Assembly: GCF_964204645.1 (NCBI RefSeq)
Contig: NC_134025.1
Location: 18,017,101-18,081,100, forward strand
Direction: 5' to 3'
Length of the DNA stretch: 64,000 bases
From: Tubulanus polymorphus
Lineage: Eukaryota > Animalia > Nemertea
Shown here: positions 25,840-38,639 of the stretch, piece by piece
Numbering within the stretch: position 1 is the first letter of the stretch
Layout of the letters: every line of letters starts with the position of its first letter
Made by a program: the position numbers and the translations under genes
The notes under the pieces: model-generated
Told to the model about the DNA's origin: nothing
Database searches by the model: none
What the model saw: only the letters and a program-made list of their open reading frames with translations

Positions 25840-27088
25840 CTAATATTGAATACTATCTAACTGTGAATTTACAATATTTAATTGTGCGTCAGATATAATA
25901 TAAATGTGCATTTTGAAATTTTGGTCTCCTTTTTTCTTTTTCATGAATAATTGTATTCCATCTTTAGTGTTCTGTAATTTCTTCCCAGAACCATGTAATG
26001 AATTATCCTCTGTTGTTCTAAAATCTAACCATAATGCATATTTATTACCGGTATAATAATCAATTTGATTAATATTACAATTTTCAAATGATTTTACTTT
26101 TTCATTCATAAAATGTTTTCTAATTTCTGGCCATTGATCAATCATTCTCATTCCTTGACAAAATATTTTATTTGCTATTCCTTCAATAGTTATTTCTACT
26201 TTTGTTATTTCAGGATTATAATAATTATCAACCTTTATTGCGCCATTAGTATATGTTGCAATGGTAAAAAATATTAATATACCTTTAATAGATCTTCTTG
26301 GGAAGTTAATATTCTCATTAATTATTTCATCATTTGCAATTATAGTTACAGTTTTAAATTTATCAATATAATCATATAATAATGAAAATCCTTGATTGTA
26401 TTGAGTTTGAATTGTGCTAGCAATATTTTCATTAGTTACTGTGTTATATTCTAAACATATATTCGATAATTTATAACCCATATCTTTAACAACGCTAGAT
26501 AATACAATTTCATTTACAGGAGCAAATGTTATCTCAAATATAATATCTTCTTGAATTGCGTATATATATAAAGGTGCATTATTATTTATCAATTCAAAGT
26601 CTAATGGAGTTTTATATTTGCTTCCATAAATCTTTTTAAATCAAATTATCTGTGGCACGAGTTACTATTGCGTCATTAGCTCCTGATCTTAATTTATTAT
26701 GGTTTTCCGATTGAATACCCTGAAATATCATATTATTTCTATTTTCTTTAGTTAACCATAAATCTTTATAATGCATAAATAAATTATAATCATCTAATGA
26801 GAAAACTGTTTCTGGACCAATCTTTATTGTTAACTTTTTAATCAAATACCTTCCAACATTATCAACAACATAATTGTTATCATGGCCAGTTACTTTTATA
26901 TCAGCTGATAAATAAATACTATTTGGAACATAAAAAGTATTTTGTGTTAATCTAGGAATTCTAACATTTAAAGTTTCATCGGGATTAATATTTGAAGGAT
27001 TATGAGTAATTATATGATGTGATCTTTCTGCTTTAATAGCATTAGATATTCTAGATATCTTAGAAGGACTTATATAACTCCCACTCAT
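25840..27088 (-). pseudogene. Major capsid protein (double jelly-roll type), one frameshift near 26635
   Basis: About 415 aa in total; THNPSNINPDETLNVRIP, FEITFAP, LSNICLEY, PRRSIKGIL, ALWLDFRTTEDNSLHGSG, typical of Maverick capsids. Confidence 0.78.
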
Positions 27089-27112
27089 TTATTTAACAAA
27101 AAAATTAATTAT

Positions 27113-29339
27113 TCATTTTTTATTTATTTTTTCTTGATATCTTTTTGATATCATATTCACTAACCCAAAAATAATAGCACTTACAACTGTAATTAAAAAT
27201 AAGATAATATGTTCAGCAGCAAAGTTAAGAATATTCCCAGCTGATTTCAATATAAAACCAACAATTGATGCAATAATTCCTGGCAATGCTGCAGCAGATT
27301 TTTTAGATAGTTCCCATAGATATTTTGCTAATTTCTTTAAACCATCCTTAACTTTATCTTGTATAGAATTATTATCATTCGGGGGTTTATCCGGTTTATT
27401 GGGAGTAGGAGTAGATTTCAAAGCATTTGATATTGCTAAACCAATTGTTGTAAATAAAACAGTTACAGCTGTTAGAATTGAAAGAATTGTTATTCCTTCT
27501 AATTTAAATAATAACTTTATTCTATCTTTCAGTGATATTTCAGAATTTGGTTTTATCAACAAATCTTTAAAAATAACTTTTAATCTATTAATATTATAAT
27601 CATATGATTTTAATAATAATTTAATTTCTTCTTTTTGTAATTCTATGTTATATTCTAAATCATCAATTTCTTTTTCTAAATATGCATTTCTTTTTTTAAA
27701 TTCAATTTCTTCAATAACTTTATTATCTCTATCTAATTTTAATTGTTCTATTTCTTTATTTTTATCAGTTAATTCTTTTTCTAAAGTTCTAATTTCAAAA
27801 TCTCTTATACTTTTATCATGCGCAATTTTATCAGATGCATTTCTTATACTAATAATCTCTCCAATTGCTTTATCAGAAAATATATCTAAATCTTCTAGTT
27901 GTTGATCTGTTGCATCAACTAATCCATTCGGTAAAAAATTTTCAATTGGAACTTTATTTGATTTAAGATTACTATTTTTGGAAGTTATATTCTGTTCAGA
28001 AGTTGTTTCTGTTTCTAATTTCTTTTTGATTATTTCAAATAATTCATTAATTCTTTGTTTAAATACGTCTATATTATCATCTATTTCTTTTTGTGTAACA
28101 TCAGTTATTTCATTACTATTACTTATTATTTTAATTTTATCTGGTTTTAAACTTTTCTAAGTTGATTCCGCTAATATTTTGGAATCATTATCCAATTTAA
28201 TATTTTTAGTTTTAGTTTCTGATGATTGAATGTGTTTTTTATTTCTTTCACCTTCCATTAATTTTGGGGCAGAATTAATCTTTTTATTTATATCATTTAA
28301 TCCAATTGAATTATTTATTGTTGCAGTTTTAATTAGATTATTGTAACCAATTATATTTCCCATCTTTAATACTAAATCATTAGAAATAATTAATAGATTA
28401 GGGCCTATACAATAATTTAGTCTTACATGAGATTTATCTAAATAATTTTGATATCTCACAATGTTTTCTGGAATCGATCTATTTTTATCATTATGAATGG
28501 AATCTTCAAATAATACTTTGAATTGTTTCTGCGCATCGAATGAAGTGTTATCATTTCCAACTATTGGTGATCTTGTTTCAACTTGCGCACCTAAAATACA
28601 TATCAAATAAGTTCTAATAGATTGATTTATTCTTTGTATACCAGGTTTTGTAAATCCTTCACTATAAGATTCAATAAAATTAATCCATCCATTATTATTA
28701 TCAATTCTATAATCATGATAAGCTCCAATTCTATGCATATAATCAATTCTTTTTATTTCATACTGTTCACCAACGCCATGTAATCTACCATGCGCTCTAA
28801 AATCGGAATTAATATTTATATTAAATTCATTACATATTTTATACAACTTAGATAGATTAATATTATTATCCAATTCTTTAAAATATTTCGATCCAGGTAA
28901 AGGGCATTCTAATTCATTTAATATTATTCTGATTTGAAAATATGTGTGAAATCTAAATATTGTATGAATGAATTTTAAATCAGAATATTTCAAATTTTTA
29001 TCTTAGTTATTCAAGTGTTCATGCCAACTTACACCACAACCAGTTGTTGCACAATGAACAGCAAAATTTAATTGATTCTGCCAATATTTCATATTAGATT
29101 TTACTTTATATATATTATATTCATCTCGAGTAAAAGTAACTTCATATGTATTAAATATATTTTCCATTTTAGAAATAAAATAGTTTGTTTCAGTAACATA
29201 AATTTCTAAATTAATCAATGAAGGTAAAACTTTAAATATTAAATTTAAATATTATCATGTTACTAAAATCTATTGCTGGAATATTATATTTATAATATTC
29301 ATTTGATTTATAATATTGGAAAGATTTTGGAAACCCCAT
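27113..29339 (-). pseudogene. Large Polinton protein (conserved N-terminal domain, coiled coil, C-terminal transmembrane helices), frameshifted
   Basis: ATG at 29339; WQNQLNFAVHCATTGCGVS, RFHTYFQIRIIL, INQSIRTYLICILGAQ; K/E-rich region; hydrophobic 27113-27562. Confidence 0.65.
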
Positions 29340-29355
29340 TTATATAATAAAAAAA

Positions 29356-29781
29356 TTAATAATCAACTAATTCTTTTAATAATTTATCTTGTTCTTCAAC
29401 TGTTATATGACCATTTAAACTTATTATATAATCTAGTGTATTCTTTAATTTATTAATTTCTTTTATATTAGTTTTAATTTTTTCTTTATTACTTTTTATA
29501 TTTAATTTTGAACTTATACCAGTTAAAACACTTGAACTTAATCCTAACACGCCAATTGATATAGCTAAAGGTGTTAATGGACTGAATATTGCTAGAAATG
29601 TTATTACAGAACTAATTGTAACCGAACCACTTATAATCAAATAATATATAATTTTACTTTTTAGATATTTTTTCTCTTTAACTTTTAAGTCACTTTCAAA
29701 TTCTAATATTTGTTTTTCTAAATATATTTTTAATTTAGTTTTATTTATATCATGAGGAATAATATCAATATTATCTTCCAT
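29356..29781 (-). CDS. Two-transmembrane-helix Polinton protein
   Basis: Intact 141-aa ORF; homologue duplicated in copy A. Confidence 0.75.
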   Translation of the reverse strand: MEDNIDIIPHDINKTKLKIYLEKQILEFESDLKVKEKKYLKSKIIYYLIISGSVTISSVITFLAIFSPLTPLAISIGVLGLSSSVLTGISSKLNIKSNKEKIKTNIKEINKLKNTLDYIISLNGHITVEEQDKLLKELVDY

Positions 29782-29799
29782 TTATTTAGAAAAAAATTA

Positions 29800-30222
29800 C
29801 TAATTAGTAAATTTATATGCTACAAATATAACAATAACCGTTCCACCTAAAATCCAAATTATTTCATATTTCTGTTGTTCTTTACTTGGGGTATAATAAT
29901 CTGATAATTTAGGTTTGTATAGATGTAATTTTTCTTTATTGGTTACCGCGTTATATAAACTCATTGCATCATCAACTGATTGAAAATCTCTATGTGAAAT
30001 CTTCTGATCATATAATTCCTTGTTAATATAATCCATATAGTTTTGTCTCTTTTCTCTGTATTCTTCCGCTGCTTTATTGTATTTCTCTAATGCTAAGTTA
30101 TGCCTTCTTTGTTCTCCTAATGAACTATTTTTATCAATATGTTTAAATAAATATCCACCACCAGTAAATGCTAAAGCGTTAACAATTGCCGATCCTATAA
30201 TAGTTATAATTGCAGAAGCCAT
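29800..30222 (-). CDS. Conserved small Polinton membrane protein
   Basis: MASAIITIIGSAIVNALAFTGGGYLF..RHNLALEKY; homologue in copy A. Confidence 0.78.
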   Translation of the reverse strand: MASAIITIIGSAIVNALAFTGGGYLFKHIDKNSSLGEQRRHNLALEKYNKAAEEYREKRQNYMDYINKELYDQKISHRDFQSVDDAMSLYNAVTNKEKLHLYKPKLSDYYTPSKEQQKYEIIWILGGTVIVIFVAYKFTN

Positions 30223-30246
30223 TTATTTAGCAAAAAAATTATGCAT

Positions 30247-30467
30247 TTATATGGGAGGAATATATTTTTGTTTTTCCAAATAATCAATAGTTAAATTAGA
30301 TAAAGTAATTGCTAATGTTAACTTTAAAATATCATTTATATCAAATCTATCAACATTAACACTTCCCATTTTGAATACTTTTTTAATACCATTGAATAAC
30401 CAACAGTTCCAACTGATAGTAATGCTCCATTATATAATCCAGTTATTATCCACTTATTATCACTCAT
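30247..30467 (-). CDS. Small hydrophobic Polinton protein (not in the ORF track)
   Basis: MSDNKWIITGLYNGALLSVGTVGYSMV..VDRFDIND..IDYLEKQKYIPPI; homologue near 9510-9730. Confidence 0.6.
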
Positions 30468-30481
30468 TTATTTATCAAAAA

Positions 30482-30823
30482 ATTACTATCATCAAAATAT
30501 TTAGTTATCTTAGTGATGATTAATTCAACATTTATTTTATTACTAGTTTCATTTGTATATATTTCAATTATTATTTTTTTAATATCATCGATGATAAAAT
30601 CTTCATCTAATTCATAAAATCTTAAAGATTCTCTAATTAAATTAGTAATCTATTCTACATTTAAAGTTTCTTTATCTATTGTTGTTTCATACTCAAATGT
30701 TGTTTCATTAGAAAATGCAATATTTTTAATATGTGTAATTACATCATTAATGTTAAATTTCATTTCTTTCTCACGTTTAAAATCAAATCCAAAACATATG
30801 CTCGGCCAAACAGTTATATTCAT
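30482..30823 (-). pseudogene. Small Polinton hypothetical protein with internal stop
   Basis: MNITVWPSICFGFDFKREKEMKF; homologue near 9168-9495. Confidence 0.6.
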
Positions 30824-30844
30824 TTATATAATGAAAAAATTACT

Positions 30845-31632
30845 CTCTACATCTTATAACTCATAATTCATAAATTACAGGGAAATTATTTAAATCAATT
30901 AAATATCCATTATGATTTCTTATTTCGAATCTAAAATTATTAAAATGCGGAAAACAAGGTTTAAAATCACATTCAGCTAAATTATAATTTATTTGCGTTC
31001 CAAATTGTTTAACATTTTTTAATGGTAAAATATTTAATATACTAGAATTACAAATTGTATCTTTAGTTGCTTCCAATGTTTTTGTAGGATCAATTAAATT
31101 GCAATAAATATAAAAATGTGTAAAAGGTATTATATTTGATATACCATATGTGTTTCCGTAAATATAAGTATCTGAAAGAATTCCTAACAGTTTAGCAAAA
31201 GGTTTTTTTTACCATGTAAGCATGTTTTCTTATCATCACTGAATCATCAAGACTTTCATCATCAAACTTTACTCTAGTAAAATTAGAGCTCTCACTTTTT
31301 ATGAATTTAATATTAAATTTAGAATCACTGCCTAACATAATCCGAGCTTTTCTATTAATTTCTTTCGCTAGTGTTTCTAAATTATATAATCCTGGTGTAA
31401 TCATAAGTTGATAAGATATTTTACTATTACGTCTTTCATAAATAAAAAAGGTTCTATGTTCGTCAGTTTTATCCGTTATATTATAAAAAGAATTACATAC
31501 ACTTATATTAACTAATTTTAAATCTACACAATTCTTAAATGCTCTATCTAATTGTACTAGTAAATTATGTGATTTATAATTTGTAAGTTTTCTAGAATCA
31601 ACAAATATTCTGTATTATTTTAATTCTACCAT
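30845..31632 (-). pseudogene. Minor capsid (penton-like) protein, frameshifted
   Basis: IFVDSR, SFYNIT, ITPGLYNLETL, FYIYCNLID, FEIRNHNGYLIDLNNFPVIYEL: the pattern of Polinton/virophage-like pentons. Confidence 0.72.
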
Positions 31633-31700
31633 TATTTATAACATAAAAAAATTACCGCTCATCACTAAAAATTAATTTTAATAACATTTTTCCTAAATAA

Positions 31701-33010
31701 ATGGATGAGAAGATAGCATGCGAAATTTGTGGTGAACTTCTAAGAAAAAGTAATATGGCTCGACATATGAAAAAACATGATGAAAATTATAAACCCCCTA
31801 AACTAAACTGTCCAAAATGTAATAAATTATTCTCAAGAAATTATGTTAAAAAACATTCAGAGAAGTGTAGAATTAATGGCGCAACGGCTAATGTTGATAG
31901 TAATGAAAATAATAGTAATTCTGCTGAAGTTGAACCTGAAGTTATTTGGAAAAGACCTTTCTGATTCTATGATAAGGATAATATAAAAGATCATTTCTGT
32001 GAGCCTTGTCGAATGAAATATAACCCTGAAAATATAGAAGATTGGGAGAATCATCAATTTCGTAAAGAACATATAGATAAATTTCTAATAAATTTGAAAC
32101 TGAATTCAATGAAAGAAAAGATAATTTATTAGAAAAAATAAAATATGAGAAAACGTTACCAGATAATAAAGAAACAGTTGAAAAGTTAGAAAAACAATAT
32201 AATGAATTAACAAGAAAAACATATTATTGTAAATATTGTAAATTGATTATTACAACAAGTAATTCAAATCTACATAATAGAACGATAAAAAATAAAGAAA
32301 ACGTAAGAAAATACCAAGAGCTTAATGAAGATCTATTACCAATAAATTATAAACGAAAATGTCCGCAATGTAGTTATGCGACCTTAAGACAAGAAGGTAC
32401 TGTGTTATTTTGTAATGAATGTGGATGGCAAAAGAATTTATTGGGTGAAGAAAAAACTAGAAATTTTCTCATAGATCCAAAATTAAATTATCTAGATGAA
32501 ATTTTTAAAATATTTTCTATAGAAGATCATACACCAGAATATATGCAATGGCTTGAAAAAATGAAAATAATAGAAAATAAAAATGGTGAAATGACTAAAA
32601 AAGATATTATAAAAACAATTATTCCGTCAACATTTAACACAAAACAAAAGAAAATGTATTTATATTTATTATTTAACGATTATTATGAAAAACCTAAATT
32701 AACAGAAGAAGATATGAAAAATATTTAAAAAAATATTCAAACAAATATTAATGTATCATTTGGAAAATAGAATAACAGATTCAATAAATTATGAATTCTT
32801 TTTAAATTAGATTGTAAATTATTTAAACATAGATATTATAATTCCATTTGACGAATTAACAAACAAAAAGAAACAAAGAGAGCGAGATGAAATGTGGAAC
32901 AAGATAGAACTTTATTTAAATGAGAAAAATGAAATGGAAGAAGAACCTAAACAATTAAATGAAAATGAAGAAGCCAATAGTGATTTCGAGTATGATGATA
33001 TTGATTTTAT
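31701..33010 (+). pseudogene. C2H2 zinc-finger protein gene(s), frameshifted; convergent with pPolB
   Basis: CEICGELLRKSNMARHMKKH, CPKC..HSEKC, CPQC..CNEC. Confidence 0.72.
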
Positions 33011-33013
33011 GAT

Positions 33014-36000
33014 TTAATGGCCATAAGGTAATGTTTTTATACCATCATCTAAAATATGCCTTTTATCATCAAATGGATTCAAACTAGTTTTTTCAACTTC
33101 ATTAATGTACATCTCATGCTCTTCTGATCTTAAACAATTCATTTTATGTTTCATTACAATTGAGTTATATAAACACTTTATATAATCTTGAAATTCTATA
33201 TGTTTATCAACCACATGTTTTGTTATTCCTTTTAACTTTTTAGCTTCATGATCTTTTGTTCTATAACTATACATTTTACTTCTTATCCCAACAAATTCAA
33301 TCATTTCATCACCCCCTAGTTCATCTTTAAATTTACCAGGAATGTTTTTATTATCATTGCTAAATAGTTCATGATCTTTGGGATAATTGCTAAAATCAAA
33401 ATGATGTTTTAATGTTTTTAAGTCTTTTGTTATATCATTTGTCTTGATTTTAAGTATGTAACTGTCGGTATTTTTTGGATTAATGGGAACCCAGAATTGA
33501 ATGTTCCATCATCTGTTGATAAATCATAAACATAGTCAGTTGGGTTATATATTTCAAAAAAATCTTTAACTTCTTCTGTTAATTCTTTTTCTATATGCCT
33601 TAAATTAAAACAATTTGGTTTAGATTTAATTAATTCTATATTCATATTAAATCCTAATGAACTGCATAATATATTTAATCCTGATATAGCAACTTTTCCT
33701 TTTTGAGCAAAGGATGTTGTTTTGCGGTTTTGGAAACTTTTTGAACCATATGCGGCATAGAATCCAACGAAGAACCATTTTCTTAAATTATTTTTTGCAT
33801 TTAATACATAATCTGGAACTATCTTTTCTTTTGTTGAAGTATTACTTTTCACTATTGCATGAATATAGAATTCATCATTATATTTTGTAGCAAAATCTTT
33901 AGGATTATTTACAAATATTCTATAAACCGCGGATGATTTCATATGATCCATGATTCTAATTGTTTTATGTGAATAAACTTCTTCGCAGAATTTCTTTATT
34001 CTTTCTAATAATTTCAAATCTTGATTGCATAAATACCAACGATATTGAGTGCGATTAACATATTTATACACACCTGCTGAACCATCACCCATGAAAAATC
34101 CTTTGATAAAATATTCTTTTTCTTCTAATGTTTCGGGTTCTATATTATAAATTTATCAATTATTTCATCAAATGACATATGGTTCATTCTTTGGACAAAT
34201 CTTTTATGTAATAATTCATCTCCAATTTTTATATCAGTTGGTTTTATTTCATCGCCATTTCGTTTAATTAAACTATGATCTTCTGTAACATCTACAAACC
34301 CTAATTTAGTTCTAACTCTATAGATTTTCTTATTTGTTTTATGCCTAATAATAATCTTTAATTTTTTCCATCCATTTCTTGTCCAAACATCCATTAAACC
34401 ATTTATTTGTATTAATTCTTTTTCACCATATGAAATATAACATTCATTTTGTTTTGGAATTATTTCTGAAATTCTTCTTATCAATATTTTATTATTATAT
34501 TTTAATAATATTGGGGTGTCAGCTGTAACAGAATCAAAATATAATATTTCAATATGCTTTTCCCCAAAAAGTGGTTGTAAAACATTATAATAAAAATCAT
34601 ACATTAATAATTTTGATATTTCTAAAACAGTTGAACCGATAAATAATGGTTTATTAAATTTCATTGAAGTTCTTTTTAATTTAACTGCTGTTAAATAATC
34701 TTCAAATCTTTTATTTCCTAGATGTCTAGGGCTTGATTGTAAATGTCTTAATCTCTTAGAATTATTTACTAATTCAATATCATTTCTATTTCTAATATTT
34801 TCACATGTTTTACCATAAAAACTATTATTCATTAATTTGAAGAAATCTTTTTCAAAATCTGTTTTTGATATGGTTCTCTGTTGAGTATTTAAATCTATAT
34901 ATTTTTCTAACCACTTCGATTGATTAAATTCAATATATCCATGTACTTTCTTTAATTTGATTCCTTGTTTTAGATAAAATTTTAACATTCTATAATGAAC
35001 AATATAATTGTATTTATTATTTTGAGTAAGTATTAATTTTTCTGTAAAAACATGATCTTTCGGTTTTATTTTCTTCTGGTATTCACTTAAATAACTATCA
35101 TCTACAGTTAAATGTTCTGGGCAATAAGGTAAGTTTCTTGTTTTAAAATTTATTTTATCAGGATATTCTAAATCAACTACAAAGAAATAACCAATTGGTG
35201 CTTCATCTTTTAAACTCGCAATTGCGCTTTCCCAATCAGTTTTATCATCATTTTCAACTTCTGTTCATATAAAATTTTTATATGGTTGAGGTTGCATCAT
35301 TGCCCAACCATATAAATTATTGGCGTCAATATATAATAATTTATATTCATCATTTGCTTTAAAATATCTATCTCCCATAACACCACTAATTCCACCTCTA
35401 ATTGATTTTTCAAATAATAAAACCATATCTGGTTCTTTTAATAAATCTAATTCTACATTTGTATATTTTAAACCACATTGCCAGGTTAAACCAGGACTAG
35501 AGAAGCAATAACAAGGATCAACATTAAAATGATTCAAATTAACTTCTCTAAATCTTTCAAATATGTCAGCCAATATCATAACATCTGATTTTAAATATAA
35601 ATCAACTAATTCACCATGATTTTTCATCTTAGAATGGTTCCAAATATTTAATGTTCTATTAAACACTTCATCTTTCACATACTCCTCTTTTAATTGATCA
35701 AAAAATTGTTCCTTTAATAATTATGTTACATTAAAATCATCATGTGTTTTATAAAATGAATAAGGAATTGCGCCTTTATATCTCAATAATTTAAAATCTT
35801 GTTCATTTGGATAATAATATCGAGTTATTATAAAATCATTATCAACTAAATTTTTTGATAAATTATCTAATGAACTTGCTAGAAATCTATAAGAATCTAA
35901 AAATCTTATGCAACCAAATTGAAATGAAATATAATTTTCAGATGTTTTAGCTAATAGTTTAAAATCATATTTTCTTACATTTGCTTCATTCATAGCATTA

Positions 36001-38079
36001 TATTCTTCTATTTCTTGATTAATTGCGCCCAATTTTCCCGATAATTGTTTTATAAATAGATGGGTATCATAGCCTGATAAATTATGAAATAATATTGGTA
36101 CGAAATTTACTTTTTTAGCTTGTAAATTACAATCTTCATGAGCAGCTCCACGATATTTTGAATTTAAATGATCATGATCTCTAACTTTTTTATCAAATGA
36201 ATAAAAACGTTTTTCACAATAACAACAATGAGTTGCATAATTAAAATCAATTTCATCTTCTCTTGTCATAAATATTCTTTTATTTTTGTTTAATAATTTT
36301 GCAAAATCACTTTCTAATTCAATTATTTTGTTACAAAAATTATTAACTACATCTTCACCTCTAAAAGAAATATATTGACTTTCATATAATTCGGGATAAT
36401 TTGATTTGATGTAAATTCCATAAGCAGCAGCTCTTTGATTAACTTTTTTAATTGTATTTATAATTGGTGGGTCTTGTATTGTGTCTTCATTTAATTCATT
36501 TCCTTTATCCATTGATTTTAATAATTGCTTTTTGTTATATATTTTTTTTCTCTCTTGATCAGTTAATTCTTTATTCAACGGTTCAAAATCCCCATAAATT
36601 ACAAATGGAACAATATTTTTAAATTTATGATTAGTAAATTTCAACTTACAATCTTTTTTTGTTGGCATTATTAATTTACAAAAATCTTTATTATAACATA
36701 ATTCTTTATGTTTTAATAATGTATTCTCAGTCATAAATTTAGATAAACATTTTCTACATAGATAAATTTTATTATGATGATCACTTTCTGTTCTAAAGAA
36801 TAAATCAATTTGTTTTAACCACATATAATGTTCATTTTCATATTTTTTGTCATATAACAAATCTATAGCATTTTCATCATCATAATATTCTGTTAAATAT
36901 ATAAATTTAATATAAAAATTTAATATTTTCACCTTTCGTCTTTGGTAATTGTATTAAGTCGAATACATTTATTTTTAAATTATTAACTTTTTCTATTTTA
37001 GGAATCATTTTTATAGTTACTGGATATTGATCAATTTTATATAATGTTTCATATTTCCGGTAATTTGTTATTCTAAAACTATGCGTCATATCTTCTGTTG
37101 GGTGTAAACAACTAATAATTGACCATAGAAAACATTTATTATCTTCATTTTGAACATTTATTACTGCTTTTGTTGTAAATGGTAATTTAATATAAGATGA
37201 TGCTTTAATATCCTTTTCTGTTGTAAAGTTTGAATCATTTTTAAACATTTTATTACTTTTTGATGTTTTATTCCTTTTTGTATTGTAAACATTTAAATCT
37301 AAATATATAATTTCATTCAATGTTAAGCCAGAACCCTCAAAATATCTTTCTTAAATATGACGTTTAAATTCATTAAATATTTTTTCTAACTTCTCTTTTA
37401 TTTGTGTTTTTGAAATTATTTCTTCAGAGTGTGTTTGAATATTATAATCCATTTTTTCTTCTGACTTTATAAAACTTACTTTCCCAGAGATACTAATTTT
37501 TGGATATTCAACATCTGTTATCAAATCTAGTATTTTTTCTATTATTTCATTAAATTTACTATAATCTTCTATTGTTGTACCTTTAAAAAATCTAAATATA
37601 ATAGCTGCAGGACCAATTTTACTATGTAATGTTTCTAAAATTTCAATTGTATCTTTTATTTCTAGTGAATCAATATAATTTCTAACATTTTCCATGTAAG
37701 GTTTATTTGAAATGGATTTAGTGTTTGAAGTTGGTTTTTTTACTTTTTGAGGTTCATCATCAAAATAATCTTTTCCTAAAACATTATTACTCAAATTTTG
37801 ATGGTGTTTTTGTGATTCGAGATGTCTATTATAATTCCTTTTTACTATAAATTCATCACAAACTTCACATTTTATTTCATCCACATTCATATTTTCTAAT
37901 CTTTCTTTTCTTTCATTGGAATTTTCTGGAGTTTCAAAATCTATTACATTTTTTATATGATTTGCAGTTTTTTCATGTCGTGTTTTATTAGATGTATCGA
38001 CGTATTTTTTACAATATTGGCAATAATATTGATTTTTATTAACATTATTATTTTCTGGCTGGTGTTCATTCTCTCCCAT
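33014..38079 (-). pseudogene. Protein-primed PolB (N-terminal Zn fingers, endonuclease VII-like insert, exonuclease, polymerase) with intein
   Basis: VIYGDFE, VRDHDHLNSKYRGAAHEDCN, FHNLSGYD, FLDSYRFL, YLKSDV, YIDANNLYG, KLMNNSFYGKT, YFD|intein|TDS, KKLKGI; several stops and frameshifts. Confidence 0.96.
33470..34532 (-). other. Intein with LAGLIDADG homing endonuclease (about 355 aa after correcting two 1-bp deletions)
   Basis: Block A SVTADTPILLK; block B VDVTEDHSL; block C FIKGFFMGDGS; block E FFVGFYAAYGS; blocks F/G YVYDLSTDDGTFNSGFPLIQKN followed by extein TDSY. Confidence 0.95.
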
Positions 38080-38639
38080 TTATTAGGAAAAAAAATACTT
38101 GTGGTGATGAGTGGTGTCTCGTCCTCTCGTCCTCTGGTATGAAAGCCTACTTTTCCAATTACTGATGACTTCTTGGCAGATCCTTTTTCCGGTTCTTTCG
38201 GTGATTTTGGTTCAGGCTCTGGTTCGAAAGGAGGACGCGAAGCTGCTGAACTTTTGTCCAGTGTAGAGAAAACACTCGTGAGTGGTGCATCAGCTTGAGG
38301 CCCAGTAGGATTAAAGCTATCAATGATTGTGGAACGTGAAGATATAGACAAATGAGTAGAATGCAAGTAGAACAGTACAGGGTTCGAACTAAGCGCCAGT
38401 CCGACACTATTAAATTTATGATCGGATTTTAATATCTTCCAGCCCATCGGACTAGCTCGTTTAAAATCTGTGTCGCAATTCGCTGCTTATTTGTTTTGCT
38501 TTCTAGCCTATGCAATGATTTCAGATAGGACTAGGGGATTTAAGTCGGACTAGTGAGATAAGAAATCGTCTTTCCCCTTGGAAAGTAGTATAGTTATGAT
38601 TTTGCTTAGTTAATTGATTCATAAACAAAAATACATGTG

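Larger units (their letters stand above)
21965..38163 (-). mobile_element. Full-length Polinton/Maverick copy B (16.2 kb)
   Basis: AG...CT termini; 68-bp perfect TIR (21965-22032 / 38096-38163); 6-bp TSD GATGAC (21959-21964, 38164-38169); carries pPolB, integrase, packaging ATPase, major and minor capsid genes. Confidence 0.97.

Noticed and set aside
33470-34532. Alternative reading as a group I or spliceosomal intron, or a hedgehog-type Hint domain
   Set aside because: The insert is in frame, starts with Ser, ends Asn before Thr, lacks GT-AG ends and includes an endonuclease; all fit an intein.
36100-36240. Endonuclease VII-like motif (DHDH..RGAAH..CN) inside pPolB as a novelty
   Set aside because: A common feature of this Polinton polymerase group; also present in copies A and D.
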